This document shows positions 29,701 through 39,123 of a stretch of 64,000 bases of DNA, in pieces. Made by a program: the position numbers and the translations under genes. Under the pieces are notes generated by a model that saw only the letters and a list, made by a program, of their open reading frames with translations, made no database searches and was not told the origin of the DNA. Each line of letters opens with the position of its first letter. Position 1 is the stretch's first letter. The DNA is from an uncultured Spirochaetota bacterium (GTDB lineage Bacteria; Spirochaetota; Spirochaetia; JAFGXN01), in assembly GCA_944388995.1 (NCBI GenBank), contig CALXKN010000008.1, positions 17,160-81,159 of the forward strand, in the 5' to 3' direction.

Positions 29701-30076
29701 CTTCAAATAAATCGAATTTTTCTCTTTTTTCGGGAAATTCGGTAAAAAATTCTTTTTTTAAATCTTCCTGTTCGGTTGTTGTCAAAGCCGCGTTTAACGA
29801 TTTTTCCAATCTTTCAGCCAAATCCGGCTGAACGGTTTCTGTGTAAACGCGGACAATCGTCAGATAAACGGCATTAATCAATCCGATGGCGCTGATTTCC
29901 GCCGGACCGGCAAAAGATGTCTCGGAACGACTGTTTAAAGCAAATGCCAATCTCCGAGCAACCGTTGCCGACTTGATTTTAAGATACGTTTCAGGAGAAA
30001 ACTCAAATTCTGTCAACCGATAGCGGGTAACAGCGTTTTTATTTACGGGAATGAAAGAATCTGCTTTCTTTGCCAT
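26774..30076 (-). CDS. large alpha-amylase family (GH13-like) protein
   Basis: The four GH13 regions are recognisable: DMVPNH, IRFDAAMTL, LLAEAFW and FMNNPDE. Length is 1100 aa. Confidence 0.75.
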   Translation of the reverse strand: MAKKADSFIPVNKNAVTRYRLTEFEFSPETYLKIKSATVARRLAFALNSRSETSFAGPAEISAIGLINAVYLTIVRVYTETVQPDLAERLEKSLNAALTTTEQEDLKKEFFTEFPEKREKFDLFEGFFVKSLIIDLNNENPALLRYKPVFDNTKLLQNSLYRKKIKSDAAVFKTSGKLKGLSFDDFLREPFKRFPNSIFDQLAFIAENWADLIPDFLFDLQLALNMLKEDYKLPWSGGEEGSSEIPDYGLGLDEFEAYSEDRDWMPKVIMIAKSTLVWLSQLSQKYEKEIRRLDQIPDAELDILRDRGITALWLIGLWERSAASKRIKQICGNPDAEASAYSLYDYEIAASLGGWPALTRLKERCSKRGIRLSADMVPNHTAIDSRWISIHPDWFLQLPENPYPQYNFNGPDLSGDPNITVQIEDKYYSKEDCAVVFRRYDKNKNENRYIYHGNDGTGLPWNDTAQINFLNTEAKEAVIQVILHVARNFPIIRFDAAMTLAKRHIQRLWFPAPGQGGDIPTRAEHGMLTVDFNKAMPQEFWREVVDRVAAEVPDTLLLAEAFWMMEGYFVRTLGMHRVYNSAFMNMLKKEENAKYRYLIRETLEFDPDILKRYVNFMNNPDEKTAAEQFGKGDKYFGVCLLLATMPGLPMIGHGQIEGFYEKYGMEFSRPQWDEKPDQWLIDRHEREIFPIFRKRYLFSEVVNFRLYNFNDTEGRLNENVFAYSNKCGNENALVVYNNKYESTAGTIKHTVLYKDKADGQMKHTVLADFIGIEETERRYVIFTDFIKSLSYIRSARDLVDNGLFCLLAGYEYQLFTDFHIVEDFDGRYENLRAKLNGSGCEDVAFEAEKLEFEAVSAFFRPFFDKNKANFEKLTAVVLGKKTGKLPQWKFDEKIRKETEKAAEKLKEKERFQTLFTRKERIFSRIGKNCEKLGKIAQTLSDASPSQTEWLASLIGYHEEWTFTAALSLLAGIPETEEFLNGQILFETVFEALNGRSSVKADRSRTFALLSVFARLLCRKDKTLASALKDKKILSFAEVNLYREKYWFRGEKMLDLIAVFAFYRVLSGAAPEKAAKEFFRHLSAFEAAEYRMDLLVQQLTE

Positions 30077-30181
30077 GATGACTCCTTCCAGATTATAGCA
30101 CAGCTTTTAAATTTCGGCTACTTTTTTATTTTTTCTTTTCAAAAGCCATTTTTTATTGTATAGTGATAATGGAGAGAAATC

Positions 30182-31438
30182 ATGAAACAAATTCAAATAG
30201 CCGAAAATACGTGGAAAATCGGCAGTAATTTGGGAAACGAAGAACTTTTTGAAGGAATTTGGCCGACTCCCGACGGAGTTTCCGTCAATTCGTATTTTAT
30301 CCGTGAAGAGAAATCGGTTTTAATTGATATTGTCAAAAAAGACAGCGGATTCATTGACGAATACGAAGAAGAACTGAACGCCGTCGGCGCTTCCCTGAAA
30401 ACCATCGATTATTTGATTGTCAACCATATGGAACCGGATCACACCGGCGCGCTGCTGCAATTAACCCGCTTCAATCCGGAGGTCAGGATATTCTGCACAA
30501 AAAAATCCGTTCCGATGCTCAAAGCGTTTTACGGAATCGAAAAAAACGTGACCGCCGTTTCCGACGGCGAAACTTTGGATTTAGGCAACGGACGGGTTTT
30601 AACCTTTCTGGAAACGCCTAATATTCATTGGCCGGAAACAATGATGACCTACGATTCAAAAAACCAAATTCTGTTTTCCTGCGACGCTTTCGGTTCGTTT
30701 AAAGCGCTTCCGGAGGGAAAAACCTTCGACGATGAAATGACCGGGCAGGAGATGAATGAATTTCAGGCGGAAACGCTGCGTTATTATTCCAACATTGTTT
30801 CGACTTTTACGCCGTTTGTCATTAACGGACTGAAAAAACTCGAGGCTCTGAAGGTTAAAATCATCGCGCCTTCCCACGGAATGGTGTGGAGAAAAAATCC
30901 GCAAACCATTGTTTCCTGGTACCAAAAACTGTGCGACTTTGCTGTCCGCGGCGGCCGGCGTATCACGGTGATTTGGAGCAGCATGTATGGCAATACGGAA
31001 GCGATGTTAAAAACCGTTACCGATACTCTGAACGAAACCGGAATTCCGTATTCAGTCTACCGCATTCCCGACGAACCGAAACTTTCGTATATTTTGGCCG
31101 ACTGTTGGCGTTCGGAAGGCATCATTCTCGGAATGCCGACATACGAATACCGGATGTTTCCGCCGATGGCGCACGTCATCGATTTGCTTGACAGAAGCCA
31201 CATAAAAAACCGGCTGGCGTTCCGTTTCGGTTCGTTCGGTTGGTCCGGAGGCGCCCAAAAACAGCTTGATGAACTGACAGCCAAACTGAACTGGACGTTT
31301 TTGAATCCGGTTGAATTTCAAGGCGCGCCGAAAGAGGAAGACAAGGCTAAAGCTGCCGCTGAAATCCGCGAAATGGCAAACCGGATTAACGCCGGACGCG
31401 GTAATGATTCTCCGCTGAAAGACGGCGCCGTTTTCTGA
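30182..31438 (+). CDS. FprA-type flavodiiron protein (metallo-beta-lactamase-like plus flavodoxin-like domains)
   Basis: NHMEPDHTG di-iron ligand motif followed by a C-terminal flavodoxin fold (ITVIWSSMYGNTE). Confidence 0.85.
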   Translation: MKQIQIAENTWKIGSNLGNEELFEGIWPTPDGVSVNSYFIREEKSVLIDIVKKDSGFIDEYEEELNAVGASLKTIDYLIVNHMEPDHTGALLQLTRFNPEVRIFCTKKSVPMLKAFYGIEKNVTAVSDGETLDLGNGRVLTFLETPNIHWPETMMTYDSKNQILFSCDAFGSFKALPEGKTFDDEMTGQEMNEFQAETLRYYSNIVSTFTPFVINGLKKLEALKVKIIAPSHGMVWRKNPQTIVSWYQKLCDFAVRGGRRITVIWSSMYGNTEAMLKTVTDTLNETGIPYSVYRIPDEPKLSYILADCWRSEGIILGMPTYEYRMFPPMAHVIDLLDRSHIKNRLAFRFGSFGWSGGAQKQLDELTAKLNWTFLNPVEFQGAPKEEDKAKAAAEIREMANRINAGRGNDSPLKDGAVF

Positions 31439-31450
31439 CGCCCGTCCGTA

Positions 31451-31490
31451 AAAAAAATCCCGCGCCGAAAAAAGCGCCGGGATTTTTTTT
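31451..31490. terminator. bidirectional terminator between the flavodiiron gene and jag
   Basis: A7-ATCCCGCGC...GCGCCGGGAT-T8, a hairpin flanked by an A-run and a T-run. Confidence 0.7.
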
Positions 31491-31509
31491 ACGTTAAAAT
31501 ACCGCGGAA

Positions 31510-32184
31510 TCAGGCGTTGAAATTCTTCTTGTAAATAACCCTTACTTTTTTGTAAAGCCCTTCGCCTTCGCTGATGGTTTCAATATCTTCCCATTCCGCC
31601 AACGTCAAATGAATAATTCTCCGTTCAAACGGATTCATCGGATCCAGTAAATGCGAAGTTTTCGTCCGCCGCACGTGTCTTGCCGTTTTTTCCGCCAAAT
31701 CCTGCAGCGAATGCTCGCGGCGGCCGCGGTAATTTTCGATGTCAACGACGATTTTCAAATCTTCTTTTTTCTTGGAAACAAAAACATTCGCCAATAATTG
31801 AAGCGCGTCCAATGTTGAACCTTTGCGGCCGATTAACAGGTTGGTTTTATCGCTTTCAATATTAATGTGAATTTTGTTTTCTTCCGTTTTGTTGATTTCC
31901 AAAGTCGCCGAAATACCCATTTTTTCAACGATATTTTTCAGAAAATCAACGGTTTCCAGTTCGATTTCCGTAATTTCATACGATTCGGCGGATGATTCCT
32001 CCTCCTCTTCTTCTTTTTCCTCAATCCCGTCGTCAATATAAACCTTGATTTTGACGGGGCCTTTTTTGAAAAAACCTTTTTTTTCTACGACTTCAACGTC
32101 AAAAGCGTCTCTTTCCAATCCGAGCTCGTTGACGGCATTCTGAACGGCTTCTTCTTCTGTTTTTCCTGTAAACTCATATGTCAT
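31510..32184 (-). CDS. jag: Jag/KhpB RNA-binding protein (Jag-N, KH, R3H domains)
   Basis: 224 aa located downstream of yidC. The C-terminal R3H pattern is LDPMNPFERRIIHLTL. Confidence 0.85.
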   Translation of the reverse strand: MTYEFTGKTEEEAVQNAVNELGLERDAFDVEVVEKKGFFKKGPVKIKVYIDDGIEEKEEEEEESSAESYEITEIELETVDFLKNIVEKMGISATLEINKTEENKIHINIESDKTNLLIGRKGSTLDALQLLANVFVSKKKEDLKIVVDIENYRGRREHSLQDLAEKTARHVRRTKTSHLLDPMNPFERRIIHLTLAEWEDIETISEGEGLYKKVRVIYKKNFNA

Positions 32185-32201
32185 ATTTTTCTCCTTAAAA
32201 A

Positions 32202-33974
32202 TTATTTTGCAAACGCTTTTTTCTTTCCGGCAATTTTCTTTCCGCCGGAAGAAGAATTTTTATTCCGGGCATTTTTCTTTACCGCGTTGTAAATCAACTG
32301 CTGAATGACCGACAGAATATTCATGACAATCCAGTAAACAAACAGACCGGACGGCATATTGTAAAGCGTAAAAAAGAAAATAACCGGCAGCAGATACATC
32401 ATGATTTTCATCTGTTTATTGGCCGCCTGTTCCGTTCCGATTTGCATGATTTTCATCGACAAAAGCTGAGTGACAATGAACAAAATCGGCAGAATCCGGA
32501 TACTGTTTTGCGAAAACGCGGTAATTAACGGAATATTCTTTTCCCAAGTATAAACCGAATCGGGCGATGAAAGGTCGGTAATCCACCAAATAAACGGTTC
32601 CTGAAAAAGATCATAATCGGAACGCAGTAAATTGAACAGCGGAATTAAAATCAGCATCTGCAAAATCATCGGCAGACAGCCTTTCATCGGATTGATTTTA
32701 TTATCGCGGTAAAAATTAGCCATTTCGGCCTGCATTTTCTGCGGATTGTTTTTGTATTTATCCTGAATTTCTTTGATTTTCGGTTGGAGTTTCTGCATCG
32801 CCGCCGAAGATTTCATTTGTGACATGGAAAAAGGAACCAAAATCAACTTGATAAAAATCGTCAGAAGAACGATGACCCAACCCCAGTTATGAATGTGAAG
32901 AATATTGTGAAAGAAATTCATCACTCCTTTCAGAGCAACCGAAATGATGCCGCGGCCGGCGCCGGCTTTATCCAGCGACATTCCGCTGTAACCGAATGCG
33001 TTGTCATTGCTGTTGTTGTAAACGGCCAAAAAATGTTTGACGCGCGGACCGATGTAAAACCGGTACGTATCCGTAATTTCGATTTCGTTAAAAGGCTTCC
33101 GTTCAAAGAAAATTTCGCTGAAGACATAACCGTTATCGGAATATTTATCCATAACGATTCTGTGAGTTGTCAGTTTCGGTTCGACGCCGATAGCGGCAAA
33201 ATAACGGCTTTCGATTCCGACCCAATCAACCCGCGTCGTAATCAGAACCCGTTCATAGTCGGAATATTTTCTCAGTTTTTCATCTTTATAGATGATAAAA
33301 TCCCTGTAATTGGCCGAACCGGATTTGTTTTTTTTGGAGGTTTCGACAAACGCCGGACCGATTTGCGGTAAAAATTCCAATGTGTAGGAAGGCTGTTCGT
33401 TGGACAAAAACGGAATTTTCGTTTCCTGACTGAGAATTTCAACGGTCAGTTCAATCATGAACTCACCGTTAAAAATCCTGTATTTCTTGTTCAAAGTGAA
33501 AGGAACGCTGTTTTTATCCGTAAAATCTCGGGTAAAAACAACCGATGTTTCATTTTCCTTCTGTTCAACCGTGTAATCAAAAACGGAATCAATGTCGTTG
33601 CCGCGGTAATTCCCGAATCTCAAATCGAAAGCCTTTTCCGTTCCGTTACCGTGAACCAAATCAATCACTTCCTGAGATTTTTCATTCGGTCTGACAAAAA
33701 TATGGGAAACGGTTCCGCCGACAGGGGAAAACACAATATCGTAGACATCGGTTTTAACCGAAAACTCTTCCTTATCTGCCGCATCCTCTCCGATCGGCAG
33801 AACGGGAACGTTGTTAAATTCAGCGTTTTCCGGCCGCGTATCGGCAACAGCGGATCGGTTTTCGCCGACAGTATTGTTCCGGTTTTCGAACGAACGGTTA
33901 AACCAGAAAATAATCAAAAACGAAACGGTTCCCAAAAAAAGGAAGAACATAAAATTCTTTATAAAATTAACCAC
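32202..33974 (-). CDS. yidC: membrane protein insertase YidC (long, diderm type with periplasmic domain)
   Basis: 590 aa. The C-terminal 60-kDa IMP core is recognisable (NPMKGCLPMILQMLILIPLF...PSGLFVYW). Confidence 0.9.
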   Translation of the reverse strand: MVNFIKNFMFFLFLGTVSFLIIFWFNRSFENRNNTVGENRSAVADTRPENAEFNNVPVLPIGEDAADKEEFSVKTDVYDIVFSPVGGTVSHIFVRPNEKSQEVIDLVHGNGTEKAFDLRFGNYRGNDIDSVFDYTVEQKENETSVVFTRDFTDKNSVPFTLNKKYRIFNGEFMIELTVEILSQETKIPFLSNEQPSYTLEFLPQIGPAFVETSKKNKSGSANYRDFIIYKDEKLRKYSDYERVLITTRVDWVGIESRYFAAIGVEPKLTTHRIVMDKYSDNGYVFSEIFFERKPFNEIEITDTYRFYIGPRVKHFLAVYNNSNDNAFGYSGMSLDKAGAGRGIISVALKGVMNFFHNILHIHNWGWVIVLLTIFIKLILVPFSMSQMKSSAAMQKLQPKIKEIQDKYKNNPQKMQAEMANFYRDNKINPMKGCLPMILQMLILIPLFNLLRSDYDLFQEPFIWWITDLSSPDSVYTWEKNIPLITAFSQNSIRILPILFIVTQLLSMKIMQIGTEQAANKQMKIMMYLLPVIFFFTLYNMPSGLFVYWIVMNILSVIQQLIYNAVKKNARNKNSSSGGKKIAGKKKAFAK

Positions 33975-33990
33975 AACATCTCCTTATATC

Positions 33991-34224
33991 TCATTTTAAA
34001 GGATCGTAACCGCCCGGATGAAAAGGGTGACACTTTAAAATTCTTTTGACAGTCAGAAACAAACCTTTAACCGGTCCGTATTTTTTCAGCGCCTGAACCG
34101 CATAAGCGGAACAGGTCGGATAAAACCGGCAGGTCGGCGGAAAAAGAGGAGAGATGCAAATCTGATAGAAACGAATCGGTAAAATCAAAAGAGCCGAAAA
34201 AAACGAACCGGCTTTAACACACAA
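33991..34224 (-). CDS. yidD: membrane protein insertion efficiency factor YidD
   Basis: [40 protein letters not shown]...[11 protein letters not shown] is the YidD signature. The start is uncertain: TTG at 34224 overlaps the rnpA stop, and ATG at 34278 is the alternative. Confidence 0.75.
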   Translation of the reverse strand: MCVKAGSFFSALLILPIRFYQICISPLFPPTCRFYPTCSAYAVQALKKYGPVKGLFLTVKRILKCHPFHPGGYDPLK

Positions 34225-34555
34225 AAAATTTATTTTTGAGAATTTTATTAAATTGTTTTTCCCGTTCTTCGTATTCATACAGACCCGGATAAACGATAAA
34301 AACAAAATCAAATCCCGTTTTGATTTTTTTCTTGTTTTTTCTGAAAATTTCTTTTAACTGTCTTCTGATTTTGTTTCTTTTGACGGAACACCCGAATTTT
34401 CTGACAGGACAAATTAAAACACGGCTGTAGTTTAAACCGTTTTTCCGATAGCGTAAACTCATCCCTTCCGCAGAAATTTTTTCCGCCTCCGCAAAGAGCG
34501 TTTTTATGTCTTTACGGAGGCGGATAATTTCTTTCTTAGTAAGGCTTTCTCTCAT
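34214..34555 (-). CDS. rnpA: ribonuclease P protein component
   Basis: 113-aa basic protein directly downstream of rpmH, with an RnpA-like RNR-type basic motif ([14 protein letters not shown]). Confidence 0.85.
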   Translation of the reverse strand: MRESLTKKEIIRLRKDIKTLFAEAEKISAEGMSLRYRKNGLNYSRVLICPVRKFGCSVKRNKIRRQLKEIFRKNKKKIKTGFDFVFIVYPGLYEYEEREKQFNKILKNKFFVC

Positions 34556-34685
34556 CGGAAACGGTTAAATTCTTTCTGCCTTTTTTTCTTCTTCTGGCCA
34601 AAACCAAACGGCCGCCTTTGGTTGCCATTCTCGCTCTGAAACCGAATTTTCTGTTTCTTTTAACCCGACTGGGCTGATAAGTCAT
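34536..34685 (-). CDS. rpmH: 50S ribosomal protein L34 (49 aa; too short for the ORF track)
   Basis: Manual translation gives [49 protein letters not shown]. Its 3' end overlaps the rnpA start by 20 nt. Confidence 0.9.
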   Translation of the reverse strand: MTYQPSRVKRNRKFGFRARMATKGGRLVLARRRKKGRKNLTVSDERKPY

Positions 34686-34793
34686 TTTCATCTTCTTTTC
34701 TCCAATTCAGCAATTTATCTTTATATTAAATTAAGACGATTCAGATTGATTGTCCTGTCAGTATAAATTTTACATCCAAGATTGTCAAGGGCT

Positions 34794-35228
34794 TCAATTT
34801 TCCGATATTATTTTTTTGATTTCTTTTATAACGGAATTTAGTTTTTTCTGTTCTTCTTTACTTTTCGGAATCAAGTCGGAGCAGTAGCGGTCTTTAAATA
34901 AATCGGGACGGGAAACATAAAAAATTTCTTTGAGATTTTCACATCCTTTGTTTTTTCTCAAACCGTCAATGATTTTTCCCTCTATGAATTTCATCGTAAT
35001 TTGGAACGATGAATGGGAAACGGCTGCAATCAGTCTGGTTCCGTTTTTATCAAAATATAAAGGATAACTGTTTTCAGCCAAACCGGCGCCAACAATTTCC
35101 TTCCAGTTATGAAAAGGCGATTTTTTTACAATTTTTGATTCTTCCAGTAAAGAAGCGAGTGAAACCGTTTTTATAACTTTTCCGTATTCTTTTAATTTCA
35201 ATTCTTCAAAAAACGGACGACCGTTCAC
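34794..35228 (-). CDS. DUF721/DciA-like protein downstream of recF
   Basis: 144 aa in the conserved position after recF, overlapping the recF stop. The assignment rests on synteny plus size. Confidence 0.55.
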   Translation of the reverse strand: MNGRPFFEELKLKEYGKVIKTVSLASLLEESKIVKKSPFHNWKEIVGAGLAENSYPLYFDKNGTRLIAAVSHSSFQITMKFIEGKIIDGLRKNKGCENLKEIFYVSRPDLFKDRYCSDLIPKSKEEQKKLNSVIKEIKKIISEN

Positions 35229-36291
35229 TGATTTCTCCTCCTTCGACGAATAAAACCGTTGTCTCTTTCTTCATATAATCGCTGTAATTTTCTTCCGGTA
35301 AAAAAGTAAAAAAAATTTGGTCGTAAAAATTCAGTCGTTTTAAAAATCTTTTTCTTTTTTCGCCGTCCACTTCGAGAATTACGTCGTCAAGAAGCAGAAT
35401 CGGTCTGATTCCGGCTTCTTTTAAAAATTCGGTCTGAATCAGCTTCAAAATAAGCGACAGAATGCGTTTTTGTCCTGTCGAAGCGGTTTTTGAAAAGTCT
35501 TTTTTTTCCGAAACAAAAACAAAGTTGTCGCGGTGAGGCCCTTTTGAAGTTGTTAAAAACCGGATATCGTCGTTTCTGGCCCCGCGGATTTCTTTCAGCT
35601 GTTCTTCTTCCGTTTTTCCTTTTAACGAAGAACGGTAAACCAGCTCAATATCTTTTCTTTGGCCTGTGATGTCTTTATAAATTTCCGAAAACATTCCGTT
35701 GATTTTTTTTACCTGTTCTTCCCTGAAACGGAAAACGGAGAATGCCGTTTGAGACAACTGACGGTCGTAAATATCAAGAAGATGGTAGTTTTTTTCTTTC
35801 AGTAAAGTATTCCTTTGGTTTAAAATCAGTTTGTATCTGCGTTTCAAATCGATATATTCGCAGTGATAAAAACAGATAATCTGATCAATGTATTTCCGTC
35901 TCAAATCCGGTTCTCCGGTAATAATGTGAAAATCCTCATGAGAAAACAAGACAACGGGATTAAGACGAATCATCTCCTTTCTGTCTTTTAAAGGATTTCC
36001 GTTCAGTAAAATCTGACGGTTTTTTTCTTCTTTGAAGCGGATTTCGTTGTCTTCGTCTTCTTCAATATTGAATTTTCCGGTTAAAGAACAGCTGTTGGTT
36101 CCGTATTTTTTGAAAATTTGTTCGCTTTTCCGTTTAAAAGAGGAACCGTAAGAGAGAATATACAATGATTCGAGAATGTTTGTTTTTCCCTGTCCGTTAT
36201 TCCCGACAAGAAAAATTTCTCTGGACGGAAAGCGGACGGTTCCGTTCCGGATGTTGCGGAAATTATAAAATGTAACCGATCGGAAACTCAT
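35206..36291 (-). CDS. recF: DNA replication and repair protein RecF
   Basis: FYNFRNI...GNNGQGKTNILESL (Walker A), the signature TGQKRILSL and LLLDDV (Walker B). Confidence 0.9.
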   Translation of the reverse strand: MSFRSVTFYNFRNIRNGTVRFPSREIFLVGNNGQGKTNILESLYILSYGSSFKRKSEQIFKKYGTNSCSLTGKFNIEEDEDNEIRFKEEKNRQILLNGNPLKDRKEMIRLNPVVLFSHEDFHIITGEPDLRRKYIDQIICFYHCEYIDLKRRYKLILNQRNTLLKEKNYHLLDIYDRQLSQTAFSVFRFREEQVKKINGMFSEIYKDITGQRKDIELVYRSSLKGKTEEEQLKEIRGARNDDIRFLTTSKGPHRDNFVFVSEKKDFSKTASTGQKRILSLILKLIQTEFLKEAGIRPILLLDDVILEVDGEKRKRFLKRLNFYDQIFFTFLPEENYSDYMKKETTVLFVEGGEISERSSVF

Positions 36292-37400
36292 TGAGATGCT
36301 GTCATCGGCATAACGATGTGCAGAAATTTCTCCTGAGGCACGCTGTAAACCGTCACGGCTTTTTCCGGATGAGAAAAACGGATTTCGATGTTTTCGGAAT
36401 CAATGATTTTTAAAGGATCAAGAAGAAACATATAATTCAGTGAAATCGTAACGTTACCGCCGCCGGTATAAACGCACGGAATTTTTCCGAACGCCTTTCC
36501 GAACGTGTTTTCTTTATCGGTTTCGACCGACATTTCATTGTCCGTAATCCGCAAGTTGATTCTGTTGGTCTTATTCTCAATCATAACGGAAATTCTGTTG
36601 ATAACGCTGATCAGCTCGTTTTTATTCACAACGATTGATTTGTCGTCGTCTTTGGGAATGATTCTTTCGTAGTCGGGATAGGAATTATTGATGATAAACG
36701 AATACAGATAAGTGCTGCCGAATTTAAAGACGATTTTTTTATCGCCGATCATAATTTCAAAATCACCATCGTTGCCGGTCAGTCTTTTGAAAAGGGTCAG
36801 CGCTTTTTTCGGAATGATGATGTCTTTAAAGTCGGGAACTTCCGTTTCGGAAGAATCAATAATCGACATCTGTTTCATATCGGTGGAAACCATTCTCAGC
36901 GAAGAGTTTTTTTTGCAGAAGAGAACGCCGGTCAGATAAATTCTGTTTTCGTCGTTGGAAACGGAAAACAGAGTGTGATTAATCATTTTCAGAAATTCTT
37001 TTTGTGAAAATGAAAAAGAAACGACATTCTCATCCATACCGATTTCGGGAAAGGTATCGGAAACAGTCATTTTCAGAGTATAAAAAAGACTGTCGTTGTT
37101 TTTTAAAGATACATTGAAATCCGTATGAACCGATTCAAAAAGAAGTTCTTCATCGGGACAGCTTCTCAGCACTGTTAAAAACTTATCGCAGTAAACGACG
37201 GCCGATCCTTCTTCCAGAACATCGACCTTCAGCGAAGTTTCATAACTGAAATTGGAGTCGGTTGCTTTGATAATCAGTATATTGTCGGCAGCCTGAAGAT
37301 AAACGCTCGACATGAAAGAGGCAAAATTCCTCGAAGAAGCAATTTCGTAAGCGATACCGATTTCTTTTAAAAGAGCTTCTTTTTGACAGGTGAATTTCAT
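36288..37400 (-). CDS. dnaN: DNA polymerase III beta sliding clamp
   Basis: 370 aa between dnaA and recF with three-domain clamp-like periodicity. Confidence 0.9.
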   Translation of the reverse strand: MKFTCQKEALLKEIGIAYEIASSRNFASFMSSVYLQAADNILIIKATDSNFSYETSLKVDVLEEGSAVVYCDKFLTVLRSCPDEELLFESVHTDFNVSLKNNDSLFYTLKMTVSDTFPEIGMDENVVSFSFSQKEFLKMINHTLFSVSNDENRIYLTGVLFCKKNSSLRMVSTDMKQMSIIDSSETEVPDFKDIIIPKKALTLFKRLTGNDGDFEIMIGDKKIVFKFGSTYLYSFIINNSYPDYERIIPKDDDKSIVVNKNELISVINRISVMIENKTNRINLRITDNEMSVETDKENTFGKAFGKIPCVYTGGGNVTISLNYMFLLDPLKIIDSENIEIRFSHPEKAVTVYSVPQEKFLHIVMPMTASQ

Positions 37401-37652
37401 AAAATTTCTCCTTATAAACAGATAACGATTAATATATTAATATATATTAATTCATTATCTTTATTACACTGTTGATTTGTTGATAATCCTTTTAAATCCT
37501 TTTAACATATAAAATAAGCTGTATAACAGTCTGTCAGTTAAAAGTGTTTTCATGTATGTAAATTGTCAGTTTCTCCTTTTTCTTTTAAAAAGCATATTCA
37601 TATCATATCAAAAAAAACAGAGTTTGCACAGTTTTTATATAAGTTATCAACA
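37401..37652. other. candidate oriC (AT-rich dnaA-dnaN spacer with DnaA-box-like sites)
   Basis: The spacer is a very AT-rich ~250 bp. It contains TGTTGATAA (37478-37486) and the inverted TTATCAACA (37644-37652), each one mismatch from TTATCCACA. A possible unwinding tract TTAATATATTAATATATATTAAT lies at about 37429-37451. Confidence 0.5.
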
Positions 37653-39029
37653 GTTTTTCAGACTGTTTTGAATTTCATTGATGTCGGATTTTAAAATGGA
37701 GTCAAACTGAATGCGGTTCGAAATTTTATTTTTTGAATTAATGACTGTTGAGTGATCCTGTCCGAAATACTCTCCGATTTCGGTTGTGGTCAGTTCCGTC
37801 ATTTGAGTTGCGATGTAAACGGCGGCTTGTCTGTGTATGATAATATTTTTTTTTCTGCTTTTTGATTTTATATCGGCGGTCGGAATATTGTAAAAGTCGG
37901 CAACTTTTTTGACAATCAAATCCATGGAAATTTTTGTATTGTTCTGAACTTTGGACATATTTTTATTCTCTTTGATATACTCTTTTGCATCTTCCAAAGT
38001 TCCCGTATCCGAATTAAAATCGATAAAGAAGAGAAAGGATTTTAAAATTCCTTCCAAATCACGGACGTTTCCGAAAATATTTTCCGAAAGATAAAAGTAG
38101 ACCTCCTCTTCCAGTTTTAAATTTTTATGATTGAAGATATTCTCTTTTTTCAGCTGTTCGGTTTTCTGCTTTAAAATTTTGAATTTAACGTCTGCCGTCG
38201 GTTCGGAAATATCAACCGTAATTCCGCTTTTAATCCGCGAAGCCAGTCTGTCGGTAAAATTCGGAAGTTCCGAAATCGGTCTGTCGCAGGTAAAACAAAT
38301 CTGTTTTCCGTTATCTTTCAGTTTATTGAAAAGAATAAAAAGTTCATGCTGAAGACCGTCTTTGCCTTTAAAAAGATGAATGTCGTCAATTAAAAAAGCG
38401 TCGGCATTTTCGAATAAAGAAAAACTTGTGTTGTTTTTTTTATCCATTTTGGATTTTACATTGTCGTAAAGGGCGTCAATTAAATCCTGGGAACTGATAC
38501 AGATGACATTCATTTCCGGATTTTCTTTGAGAATACGGTGGGCAATGGCCTGCATTAAATGGGTTTTTCCCATTCCGACCTGACCTAAAATCAAAAGCGG
38601 GTTACAGGCTTCCGATCCGATGTGTGACGCTGCCAGCAAAGCGATTTTTTTTGCGTGGCTGTTGTTCTGTCCTTCGATAAAAGTTTCGAATGTGTACAGC
38701 GGATTCAATTTACAGAATCTGTTTTCCTTGTTTTGTTTTTCCGGTGTTTCCGACGGGGATTCTTTTTTTGACGGATTCGCTACCGCAACCGGTTCTTCGC
38801 TGATGACGTAGTTTAAGGAAATTTCGTCGTCAAAACTGATGTTCAGATAGTTTTCGATATCGGACTGATAATTTTTTTTGATTTTTGATTCGATGAAAGA
38901 AGGACAGGTGATTGTCAGTGTTTTTCCGTTCAGAGAAAACGAAACATAGTCGAAAAAAGGAGTAAAATTTTTCTTTTTAATCTTTTTCAGATAATCAACC
39001 AAGTCTTCTTTCAACTCATCGTTATTCAT
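37647..39029 (-). CDS. dnaA: chromosomal replication initiator DnaA
   Basis: GQVGMGKTHLMQAI (Walker A), LIDDIH and the C-terminal DNA-binding helix (HSTVINS). Confidence 0.95.
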   Translation of the reverse strand: MNNDELKEDLVDYLKKIKKKNFTPFFDYVSFSLNGKTLTITCPSFIESKIKKNYQSDIENYLNISFDDEISLNYVISEEPVAVANPSKKESPSETPEKQNKENRFCKLNPLYTFETFIEGQNNSHAKKIALLAASHIGSEACNPLLILGQVGMGKTHLMQAIAHRILKENPEMNVICISSQDLIDALYDNVKSKMDKKNNTSFSLFENADAFLIDDIHLFKGKDGLQHELFILFNKLKDNGKQICFTCDRPISELPNFTDRLASRIKSGITVDISEPTADVKFKILKQKTEQLKKENIFNHKNLKLEEEVYFYLSENIFGNVRDLEGILKSFLFFIDFNSDTGTLEDAKEYIKENKNMSKVQNNTKISMDLIVKKVADFYNIPTADIKSKSRKKNIIIHRQAAVYIATQMTELTTTEIGEYFGQDHSTVINSKNKISNRIQFDSILKSDINEIQNSLKNC

Positions 39030-39089
39030 AAATATCCCCTCACCATCATAACACAGGATTTGAAAAAGTCCAAGGAAAAAAAGCGAATG

Positions 39090-39118
39090 TTTACTTTTTA
39101 TCGGAAAAAATGTATAAT
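39090..39118 (+). promoter_or_regulatory. gyrB promoter with extended -10, only 5 nt from the ATG
   Basis: TTTACT (39090-39095), a 17-nt spacer, then TG-T-TATAAT (39111-39118). The ATG is at 39124 and there is no Shine-Dalgarno between them. Confidence 0.5.
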
Positions 39119-39123
39119 GACCT

